The notes under the pieces: model-generated | What the model saw: only the letters and a program-made list of their open reading frames with translations | Told to the model about the DNA's origin: nothing | The model's database searches: none | Program-made: the position numbers and the translations under genes | In this document: piece by piece, positions 11,201 through 23,400 of the stretch | How the letters are laid out: each line of letters starts with the position of its first letter | How positions within the stretch are numbered: the first letter of the stretch is position 1 | Assembly (NCBI RefSeq): GCF_006345805.1 | Contig: NC_043009.1 | Location: 26,474,001 to 26,538,000 of the forward strand | Length of the DNA stretch: 64,000 nt | Direction of reading: 5' to 3' | From: Octopus sinensis | Lineage: Eukaryota

Positions 11201-13690
11201 TTTCAATTAACAACTTTTGTAGTAAAGTGAGATCACAGCCGTAGCCTATACCAGTGTCGCATAACCAGTCCATTTAAAAAGTACCTTTGAATTGTCGGGC
11301 AACACGTCGTGTTTGAGGAGACCTATTGAGTCAAGCAAAATCAAAACTCAAAAATGGAAATTGTAGTTGTGGCCATTGCCAGAGCCATCTGACTGGTTCC
11401 CCATGCCGGTGACACATAAAAAGTACCATCCAAATGTGGTCGATGCCACCCCCACCTCCCCACCCCACCCTGACTGGCTCCTGTGCCAGCAGCATGTAAA
11501 AAGCACCATCCGAATGTGGCCAATTCCAGTGCCACCTGACTGGCTCTCCATGCTGGTGGCATGTAAAAAGCACTCTTGGAGTGGTTGGCATTAGGAAGGA
11601 CATCCAACCCATGCCAGCATGGAAAACAGACGTAGGATGATGATGATGATGATGTAGTTATCTCCCTGGGAAGAGGGTACTGATGGTAGTCCTGCCATAA
11701 ACCCAAACAACATCACATCTAAGCTAATTCTTTTCTTGGTAATTTGTGCTATGAAAGAACTATTTCCTGCTACTTTCTTCACCTGGTCCATAATGTGTAA
11801 TAAATATGGCAAACACATCATAATACATTCAACCTTTAGAAGGAAACCTCACCAAAATGGAACTTAAAATGTCAGCCAGATATTGAAAAACAAAACACAA
11901 ATAAAGAGTCTTGACTTTTAAACTCCATTCTTTTGAAATCAAAATTTTATTTTTAAAAAATTAAGAACAAAAAAGGACCAGGAATTTAAGCAAACAAAAC
12001 ATAAGAAAAAAATATTCTTGTTTAAAAAACACGAAGAAAAACCAAATACACAAAAAGACAGGAATTTTTTTTTAATCACAGAACACTAGAATGATCTCAT
12101 GTTCAAAGAATTTTAAGGATTTCTTTCACAAATATTTCAAGTCAGCATTTCTTCTTTCTTTCTTCTTTTTTTTCAAATATTACATTTAAAATTTCATCTC
12201 CTACAGACTGGTCTTGACTTTTATTTATTTATATATTTACCGTTTTCTTTCTTTCCAAAGTTTTAGTTTACAAAACTATGTCATCCAGGCACCTTAACCA
12301 TCATCATTCTACCACCATATTCTTCTGAATCTTGCACATTGAAACAGAATATCACTACAGCCACTGACATCACCACTGCTGTTATTACATTTGCTTCTAT
12401 TCTTTCTCCATGCTGGCATGGGCTGGATGAGATTTGTTGAGGCAGTATTCTACAGGCTGTTGTTCAGAGTGGATCTCCTTTCCATATACTCATTGCTAGG
12501 TTCTACTACAGTACTACAGGGATTTTCAAAGTCAGCACAAACACATTCATGAAGCATGGTTGTGTGGATAAGAAGCTCGCTTTACAACCATGTGGCTTCA
12601 GGTTCAGTTCCACTATGTGGCACCTTGTGCAAGTGTCACTACTATAACCACAGAACAACCAATGCCATGAGAGCAAATTTGGTAGATGAAAACCATGTAG
12701 AATCTAGCCAGTCATCATCATTTCGCCTTTGTGCTTCGTGTTTGTCAATCCCGCCTCTGCCACTTGACAACCAATGTTGGTTTGTTTACATCCCCATAAC
12801 TTAGCAGTTTGGCAAAAGAGCCCAATAGAATAAATCATCGTTTCAGGTTTATTGCCCACAGGGGGCTAAACATAGAAGGGACAAACAAGGACAAACAAAG
12901 AGATTAAGTCAGTTACATCGACCCCAGTGCATAATCAGTACTTATTTAATCAACCCCGAAATGATGAAAGGCAAAGTTGACCTCAGCAGAATTTGAACTC
13001 AGAACGTAATGGTAGTCGAAATACCACTAAGCATTTCACCAGGCATGCTAACGTTTCTGCCAGCTCACTGCCCTCCAATAGAATAAATACTAGACTTAAA
13101 AAGACATAGGTGCAACTAAAATCCTTCAAGATAGTGCCCCAACATGGCCACAGTCCAAGAAACCTCAAAAAATGAAAGACAAATTGATCTTGGCAAGATT
13201 TGAACTCAGAATGTAAAGGCCAGAACAGACACCACTGAACAATTTTTCTGACATTCCAATGATTCTCCCTACTTACTGCCATAACATTTGGTTTCAAATT
13301 TTAGCACAAGGCCAGCAATTTCAGGGGACCAGGTAAGTCGATTACATTGACCTCAATATATAACTGGTAATTATTTTATCAACTCTGAAAGGACAAAAGG
13401 TAAAGACAGCCCCAGCAGAATTTGAACTCAAAACATAAAAACGGACAAAATACCTCTAAGCATTTTGCCTGGTGTGCTAACAGTTCTGCCAACTCGCCAC
13501 CTTAGTAATAAAACTAATCTTTTCAACTATAAGCACAAGGCCTGCAACTTTGAGGGAGGGGCCTAGTCGATTACATTGACCCCAGAGCTTGTACTGCCGC
13601 TAAGCTTTTTGCACACCATACTAATGATCCTGCCAGCTTACTACTGCAGCTGATAATAACAACAACAACAACAACAACAATAATAAGAAC

Positions 13691-13729
<39 letters not shown>

Positions 13730-13730
13730 G

Positions 13731-14083
13731 GAGCACTCACAGAGTGCAAACCTCAGCCAAGGCAACACCAACGTCCTCTCAATGATTAGCCAGAGATGAT
13801 TTTTGAAATGAGAAAATCTGAAATAAATTCGATTGCTCTCACAAACGAGAATACTAGAAATGAACCTGGCTGCTCTCAAAAAATCAGTGAAAAATAAGGG
13901 AAAATAATCCAGAATCTTTGTCCAGTACCGGATTGATCCCAAAATCTAATCAGTTTGTGCCATTTATGAGGCCAAACATTTCTGAAAGTTTCATCTGAAT
14001 CTATCCAGCAGTTCTTGAGATATCTTGTCCACGGACAAAAAAACAAGCAAACAAACATGACTGAAAACAATACCTCTGCCTTC
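13731..14083 (+). mobile_element. Helentron/HINE-like non-autonomous element (copy 1)
   Basis: Homologous to 52209-52720; 5' cctc(a)gccaagg and 3' aatacctctgcc subterminal motifs; lies between (AAT)n tracts. Confidence 0.5.
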
Positions 14084-14111
14084 AATAATAATAATAATAA
14101 TAATAATAATG

Positions 14112-14142
<31 letters not shown>

Positions 14143-15069
14143 TGATGATGATTGATAATAATAATGATAATAATAACAACAACAACAATCCTTTCTACTG
14201 AAGGCACTTGACCTGAAATGTTGGGGGAGAAGGTAAGTCGATTACATTGATGCCAGTACTTAACTGGTATTTAATTTAACAACCCTGAAAAATGAAGAAA
14301 GCAAAGCCGACTTTAGCAGGATTTGAACTCAGAATATACTGGGGCAGGACAAATACCACAAATCATTTTTTTGCTATTCTCAAACAACTTTGCCAATCCA
14401 TTACCATCATAATGATAATAATTAAACTGTTACCTGTTGTATGACAGGTAAAAATCAGAAGTGAATACTTTTGCTGTTATGGGTAATATCAGGAAATACA
14501 GAATGCATACAAAGAATTATAATTCGACTTTTATCAATTTTTCATTGTGTTTAGACAAAATGATGAAGTGAATACTAATTTTCAAAACAAAAATATTTAT
14601 TACTCCAACATAAAATTTAATGAAACAAATTTCTCATTTGTGTTACTCTTCCCATAACCCCGCCTCTCTCTCTCCCTTTCTCTACAATGTAAAGCCTGAC
14701 TGGAGAAATCAACCAACCAACCAACATTTAAATTGAATATTATTACATAGAGATGATGATGATGATGATGACGATAATAATAGCAACAACAATAATAATA
14801 ATAATCATTTCTTCTAAAGGCACAAGGCTTGAAATTTTGGGGGAGGGAACTAGTCGATTACATCAATCATCCCCTACCCAGTGTTTCACTGGTACTTAAT
14901 CTATTGATCCCGAAAGGGTGAAAGACAAAGCCGACCTCAGTGGAATTTGAACTCAGAACACAAAGACAGATGGAATGCAGCTAAGTATTTTGCCCGGTGT
15001 GCTAACAATTTTGCCAGTTCCTACCTTAACAATAATAATAATAAAATTAATAATAATAATAATACCAAC

Positions 15070-15806
15070 TCAGAGAAAAGGGATATATACCATACAAGTG
15101 TATCGGACCCCTGCAGAATGTGTGGGAAGAGGGTCGAAAGTGTGACTCACATCATTAGTGCATGTGAAAGTCCTGTGCAGAAAGAGTACAAGCGTAGACA
15201 CAACAAAGTAGCCCAAAACCTCCATTGGCTACTAGAATATGAGGTTACAGGTGCTTGGTACGAACATACACCAGTAAAGGTAATGGACGAAAAGGGGAAG
15301 GCAAAAATTCACTGGGATTTTGATTTCCAGACAGACAAAGTGCTAGAGCACCAAGGGCCGGATATGGTAACGTTTAGGAGGGACAAACAAGGGTGCCTAA
15401 TAATCAACGTAGCAGTGCCAGGAGATCAACATATCATCATGAAAGAAAGAGAAAAAGTTGATAAATATTGAGACCTGAGAATTGAGATCGCTAAGATATG
15501 ACAGCTAAGAGAGTTGAACATAAAGTTTATCCCTAGTGTCATCGAAGCATTGGGTTCCATAACACCCAATCTGAAAAAAACATCTGAAAACCTTAGAGAT
15601 ACCCTAGATTCTAGATATATTGCAAAAATCGGCTTTACTTGGAACTGCACGCATATTGCGTAATGTACTGTCTGTCTGAGTTCCTGTTCTGACTTGACAA
15701 ACAGTACAAATCCCCGGTAGGCACAATATCTTCAATCAACAACCTCACGATATTGTATACTGTGCGACGTCTATAATAACAATAATAATAATAATAATAA
15801 TAATAA
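15070..15806 (+). mobile_element. 5'-truncated R4/Dong-type non-LTR retrotransposon (CCHC knuckle + REL endonuclease, 3' UTR, (AAT)n tail)
   Basis: CRMCGKRVESVTHIISAC, RHNKVA..LHW, WDF..QTD, PDMV...IINVAVP..., ...[13 protein letters not shown]. Confidence 0.85.
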
Positions 15807-15900
15807 TTTAGAACTTTATCTGATTTGCTGCACAGAATTCCAAATCAAGGAACATAAAAAGACTAAAATAAAGAAAAGAAATCTAAAGAATACAGCTTAC

Positions 15901-16120
15901 CTTGCGACACTGTTTTCAAGACAATCAGAGCACACAATAGACGAACATGGCAATCAGAACTCTTGAAGAACAAACCTTCTTTGTTAGTATTTGGCAGAGG
16001 TGGGAGTGCATCCTTCTGTTCAATCAAAATATCCTCTTCTGTAATTCTTGCAGTAGTGGAAGCTCTGGAATGGTACAGCTCTTCTCCAAGACGTCTCAAA
16101 GTTGAACTGAGTCCACTTTT
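15901..16120 (-). CDS. CCDC138: CCDC138 exon 10 ([15 protein letters not shown]...[23 protein letters not shown]), ends phase 1
   Basis: cttgtttcag| ... aag|gtaagc; 220 nt; most diagnostic motifs. Confidence 0.95.
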
Positions 16121-16902
16121 CTGAAACAAGAAAGAAATTCGGTGAGGAACAAGAGAATGTTAATGGAGAAGAAGATCACTATTGAATACCATCTTATGCC
16201 TTTAGCATTTGAACTGACCATGTCTGGTCCAAATCTGGTCCAAATATTCAAACCAGCCAGGTCTGGCCTCTTACACCAACCCTACAATGTCATTGTAAAA
16301 ATAAACAATATCACAGCATTAGACTGTGGCCATTCTGGGGCACCACCTTGAAGAATTTCAGTTCAACAAATCAACCCCACTACATTTTTTTTTTCAACCT
16401 GGTATTTATTATATTGGTTTCCTTTGCTGACCTGTTAAGTTACAAGGACGTAAACACACCAACACCAGATGTCAAGTGGTGATAGGGTACAAAAACAATG
16501 ACAAAGACACACCCACACATATATGATGGGCTTCTTTCAGTTTCCATCAACCAAATCCACTCCCAAGTGGTTGCCCTGAGGCCAAAGTAAAAGATAACTG
16601 CCAAATGTGTCATGCAGTGGGACTGAACCCAGAACCATGTGGTTGGGAAGCAAATTTCTTACCATACAGCCACACCTGCACCTATATACACAACATTGAA
16701 AAATATTGGCCTCAATGTTAAATCAAATCAATATTCAATGAATAACACTTACTGATTGGTTGTGACTGTCTTCAAGATTTTTGATGGCCCAGTAAACAAA
16801 CTGGAGACAGGGTAAGGAAACTGACCCCGAAAAGGAAGGATATTCACGAAGGAACTCAACAAGGGCAGGAATCACCTGAAACCAATAATAATAATGATGA
16901 TG

Positions 16903-16937
<35 letters not shown>

Positions 16938-17118
16938 TTTCATTTAAGACCAGCAATTACATTGACCCCTCCACCCAATGCTCAATTGGTACTTATTTTA
17001 CTGACCCCCCCCCCCAAATGGATGAAAAGCAAAGTCAATTTTGGATGAAATACCACTAAGGATTTCAACCGTCAAGCTAACAGTTCTGCCAGCTCACAGC
17101 TTTAAATAACACACACAC

Positions 17119-17151
<33 letters not shown>

Positions 17152-17639
17152 TTAAAACTCTATGGCAAAGATGATAATGAGCTTGAAGGACTACTATGTA
17201 CTGTGAAAGCATTCAGTGATGATATTGGGATTGAATTTGGTCTTGAAAAATGTACCAAGGCCACATTCCAGAAAGGGAAACTGAAGCCCTCACATTCAGT
17301 GGTGTTGGATGTTGACACAGTCATAAAAGAACTCAAGCAAGAACAAGTTTACAAACACTTTGGAATAAATGCGGGTTCTGGCATTCAGTATGCAAGTATG
17401 AAAGATAAGATCAGGAAGGAGAGAGATCAAGCAGTCCTAAAGCATCTATTACATAAGTCTATTACATCAACACCAGTACGTAACTGGTACTAATTTTATT
17501 GAACCCCTCTTCAAAGGATGAGAAGTAAAAATATTAAATAGAAATAATAAAGAATATAATCCAATGAGGACCAATTCCATGAACTGTGAGCGGAAACCTG
17601 CTTCAAGTAATTATATCAACTACTACTATTACTACTACT

Positions 17640-17695
<56 letters not shown>

Positions 17696-18570
17696 TTACT
17701 ACTACTACTAGTACTACTACTAGTAGTACTACTACTACTATTACTACTACTACTACAACTACTACTATTACTACTACTACTACTGCTACTCCTTGTTCAT
17801 GGTCAGTGACTTAAGTGGCCTCTCACTGGGTTTCACTGGGTTTGCTCAGTGAGGAGAGAGTGTGGGCACCCAGCAGGATTAGAAAGAGAAGAAAAGCTGG
17901 GCACCCAGCAGGATTAGAAAGAGAAGAAAAGCTAAGTCAACTTTAGGCTGCTGTAGAAAAGACTTATTTGTAACTCTGTGCTTGAGAATTGAACCATGAA
18001 CCATGTGGTTGTGAAGCAAGCTGCTTGACCACACAGTCATGCCTACACCTAGCTATATATATATTCATGTGTATATTTATATACATATAGGTGAGGCATG
18101 GCTGTGTGGTAAGAAGCTTGCTTCCCAACCACATGGTTCTTGGTTCAGTCTCACTGTGTGACACCTCGGACTAGTGTCTTCTTCTATAGCTTCAGGCTGA
18201 CCAAAGCCGTGTAAGTGGATTTGGTAGATGGAAACTGAAAGAAGCCCGTTGTATATATATATATATATAGGCTTGAAAGTTACTTGGTGACCCTGCCAGT
18301 GCTGATGCCACATAAAAAACATCCCCTCCACATTGTAAAGTGGTTGGCATTTGGAAGGGCATCCAGCTGTAAAGATCATGCTAAAATTGACCTCATTTGA
18401 CCTTGTGCCACATAAAAAGCACTAAGTCTACTCGGCCAGGTGGCTGGTGTTAGGAAGGGTATCCAACCATAAAATCTGTACCAAAACAGACACAGTAGTC
18501 TGGTGCAGGCTCCTGTCAAACCGTCCAACTCATGCCAGCATGGAAGGCAGTCATGAAATGATGATGATGA

Positions 18571-18619
<49 letters not shown>

Positions 18620-19054
18620 TATATACACACACACACACGCATATATCATCAACATCATCATCATCAATTTGCATGACACCAGTATCTGGCATGATTGCGA
18701 TTTTGCTTGGCTTCATGGGTCTTCTTCTCAAGCACGACTTAATGCCAAAGGTCTCAGTCATTGCCTCTGTGAGGCTTAAAGTTTGAAGATCACACCTCAC
18801 CACTTCATTCCATGTCTTCCTGGATCTTCTTCTACCACAGTTCCCTCCACACTTAGAGATCGGCACTTCTTTACATGACCATACCAGCACAGTCATCTCT
18901 CTTGCACACCACATCTGATACCTCTTATGCCTCACTTTTCTCACATGATGCTTACACTCTGTCGAACATGCACAGTCAAAATTCAAATGTGTGTGTATGT
19001 ATATGTATATATATAATGAAACAGTTCTAGTCCTGTAGAAGCTCCTTCTATAAA

Positions 19055-19101
<47 letters not shown>

Positions 19102-20438
19102 AATGTGTGTATGTGTATATATAAACATAACATCGTCATCATTATTTAACGTCTGTTTTCTATGCTGGCATGGGTTGGACAGTTTGACTGAAAACTGGTA
19201 AGCTGGGGAACTGCACCAGGTTCCAGTCAGATTTGGCAAGGTTTCTACAGCTGGATACTCTCCCTAACACCAACCACTCAAAGAGTGTAGAGTGTTTTTT
19301 ACATGCCACCAGTATGGGTGTCATTGACCTGATACTAGCATCAGCCATGACTACGACCTCACTTGGCTTGACAGGTTTACACTAGCACAGCATATCGCCA
19401 AAGGTCTCGGTCACCTGTCACGGCCCCCATGAGGCCCAACATTTGAAGGGTGCATTTTATGTGTGCCAGTCAGACAGCATATCGCATTGTCATTATATTG
19501 ATCAAGTGATATATATGTGTGTGTGTGTGTGTTAAATAAAATAAGACAACAAAACCAAGGCTGTGTGGAATTTATAGGACATTTATAAAGAGAACAGTAG
19601 ACTTCTGGTACAATAGGGATATCCCTTAAACAGAGACGATATGAGAGAAATAAAGGGAAATAGTAGAGTTCAATATAAAGAGTTATTATGGAAAAAGATA
19701 GACATTAGAAATATAATGGGTCCTCTCGTAGCACTTACAGAGTCTTACCTGCCATCTTGGGTCTTCTGGATACCAATACCTGTCATATATATATATATAT
19801 ATATACATATATATACATATATATATACATACATATGTAAATGTGTGTGTGTGTATGTATATATATGTGAAGTGAACATTAGTTTCTGTCTACCAAATCC
19901 ATTCACAAGTCTTTGGATAGCCCAAGGATATAATAGAAGGCCCTTGTCTAAAGTGCCCTGTATTGAAACTGGACCTAAGATCATGTGGTTGGAAGGCAAA
20001 CTTCTCAACTACACACACACACACACACATCAATACACACACACACATCAATACACACACACACATCAATACACACACACACATATTAATATAAAATGTA
20101 GCATGTTTCCCAAAACTCTTTCGGAATGACATATATACAAACACACACACAAAGGACATGAAAATACACACACAATATTATATATATATATATATATACA
20201 TGCACACACACACATACACACAGACAAACACACAAGCAAAAAGGGGTGAACATAAATATCAGAAAGTTACATAAATTTGTGTGTTAATAGATTTACTGCT
20301 TGAAGCCTTTGTCGTTATATTGATCGAGCGAAGCCACATAAAAGATGATTGATGGATAAATCTATAGGAGACAGGACACCTGGCCATATGAAATTTTCAA
20401 ACAACAACAACATTGATAATAGCAATAATAGCAATAAC

Positions 20439-20485
<47 letters not shown>

Positions 20486-23400
20486 AGGTATTAATATCAG
20501 CAATGATAAAAGTAGCCATTTTCTTTTCCTCTTTGTTTTCCTATAAAGATAACACAGGTCACACAAGCATTTCTAAAATATATGATTTGTATTTTCTAAA
20601 AGCTGTTATAGTCGGCATTACCATAGTGAAATATATAAACTGGAGATCAGCAAAGGAGCCTATATGTGGTAGCTTGCTATGCTAGAAATAGCAGTCAAAA
20701 CTCTGTCTCCGGTAAATCATGCAGTGCTGTCTTGTAGAAAAATAGTGCAAGAAGGACATATTGGACAACATAGACTTAAACGTAAGGTGTTTGTAATATA
20801 AGACAAGATGGGCATGGCTGGAACATCCTAGATCATAGATCTACTCTACCAGCTGACAAACGTATATATGCTAAGTGATATATCAAAAATACACCCAAAC
20901 CAGACCCTTTTTATAGGGCATAAAAACTAAATTCATAAAATATTCATAAATAGGTTCAGGTATAGCTGTGTGGTAAGAAGCGTGCTTCCCAACCACATGG
21001 TTCTGGGTTCAGTCCCATAGTGTGGCACCTTGGGCAAATGTCTTCCCGTGTCCTCAGGCCGAACAAAGTCTAGTGTGTTGATTTCGTAGATGGAAACTGA
21101 AAGAAGAACATTGTATGTATATATATATATATACTAGCAGCATAGCCCGGCGTTGCCTGGGTATGTAAGAGCCCCTAGTAGGCAACGACTAATCCCAATC
21201 TAGTCCTTTCCCTCTAGGGAACGAAGGCGCATGTGTAGGTTGCAATGTCTTCTCTTCACTCCCAAATAACTATCAAACAGCTATCGATAATTCAACCCAA
21301 CCAATTCCTACCAGGAAGAAATTACATTCGAGACTGCTAATAGCTGCTGCAGCCGCAAGTTATTCGAATACTTTTTTTGTTTACACTTTCTTTATAACTA
21401 CCACCCCAAACGTTTTACCTTAAATTTTTGACGTACCCTAAGGGTCCTCGGACGCTACTTGCAAACTCTTGGTTTATTATAAACCGCTTTTGTCGTGTGC
21501 ACCAAAAAACCTTTTCCATTCGTTTGTTCAGTTTGGTCACTTTTGACTTTTTCGTTGTTGTCACTCACATTGCTGCCCGCTTTTTTGCCGTTTTTGTACA
21601 TTGTTATACATTTTGGGATACTTACCCCACGTGTTCCAAGAGTTAAAAAGGTCGAGTTGCGTCCCCTAGACAGTCTGTAGAAAATGTGTTGCATATAAAA
21701 AGCTTAGATTCTCGACCCATGTCGAATATATCGATTTTTTTTCAGAATTGGGGGAACTTTTCAAAATTTTCGCTGCGTTAGTTTTGAATTATGACATTGG
21801 GCTATGTGTGTGTCAAGTTTCATCAGAATCGGTTGAAAGCCATGGTCAGGGTGAGGGTACAACCTGACAGACACACAGACAGACAAACTGCCGTTTATAT
21901 ATAGAGAGATATACACACACACATACACACACACATATATATGTATACGTATCTATGTGTGTATTTGTTTCAGGGTTTATCCCCACTCCCCACCATCGCT
22001 TGGCAACCAAAGTTGGTGAGTTTTCATCCTCGTAACTTAGTGGTTAGGCAAAAGAGACTGATAGAGTAAAAACTATGCTTACAAAGAATAAGTCCTGGGG
22101 TCAATTTCTTCGACTAGGACCCTTCAAGGTGGTGCACCAGCATGGCCACAGTCTAATAACTGAAACAAGTGACAGAATAAGTAAAAAGCACCATCGATGC
22201 CAGGTCCGCATCACTGGCTCCTGTGCCAGTGGCACATAAAAAGCACCCACTACACTCATGGAGTTGTTGGCGCTAGGAAGCGCATCCAGTTGTAGAAACA
22301 TTACCAGATCAGATTAGAGCCTGGTGCAGCTGCTGGCTCACCAGACTTCAGTCAAACTGTACAACCCATGCCAGCAGGGAAAACGGACGTTAAACTAAAA
22401 TGATGATGATGATGATGATGATGATAAAAAATGGAATTGTTAAGGGATTCTTAACACTCTTGTTACCATATTTCTCCAATTAATTCAGAACATAATGAAG
22501 CATATCAAAAAATAACTTTGTCATTCTTGGTTTCAAATTTTGGCACATGGATAAGTCAATTACATTGACCCCAGTGCTCGGCTGGTACTTATTTTATCAA
22601 CCTTAAAAGATTGAAAGGCAAAGTTGACCTTGACAGAGTTTGAAATCAGAACGTAAGGACAGAAACAAAATGTCTGGCATGCTAACAATTCTGCCAACCT
22701 GCTACATTTAACTGTGTCGGAATTAAGCTAATGTTTGAGACATAAATTAACATGAAAACTTTGATTAAAAGTTTTACTTTAGATCTCTTTAAAACAAAAA
22801 GTTTGAGTCATAGAACCAGGATCAGTCTTGAGCAGATTAATATCAAAAAGAGTTAAAATGGAGACAATTCCTCAGAGGGAAACAGTCTATCCAAAGATCC
22901 CCAAAGGCCCTCTTCTTTGGTCAGTAATTAGGATTTCTAACTTAGACAAAAAACAAGAAATAGTTTAACCCTTTTGATACCAGCCTGGCTAAAACCACCT
23001 CTGACTCTGAGTACAAATGTCTTGTTTTCATAAGTTTTGGATTAAAATCTTCCACCAAACCTTAGTCACAATTGATGTTCCTAACACTAGCTTAATGATA
23101 ACAAAGTTATTTTACTAAATTCTTCGTTATATTTAAAAGTAATTGAAAGAAACACAGAGCATCTAAAATACAGTAATGAAAGGTAAAGTTCTTGACACAT
23201 GTTTGTTTTATTGGCCCCAGAAGGGTAAAATAAAGAATGGAAGGCTTTGAGTTCTGACTGTAAAGTCTTTCATCTATCACTCCACAAATTTGAAGGATTA
23301 ACTGCTCTCCTGTAGTCACTAATAAGGGTTTCAGACTTAGAAACAAGGCACACAAATCTGATGTTAATTAATTTATATCAATCCCCTGCCACAGCTCCTC

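Noticed and set aside
11591-11890. Candidate next CCDC138 exon (YLADILSSIL.. / MCLPYLLHIMDQ..)
   Set aside because: No phase-1 canonical AG acceptor gives an open frame, and similarity to the expected segment is unconvincing; left unresolved
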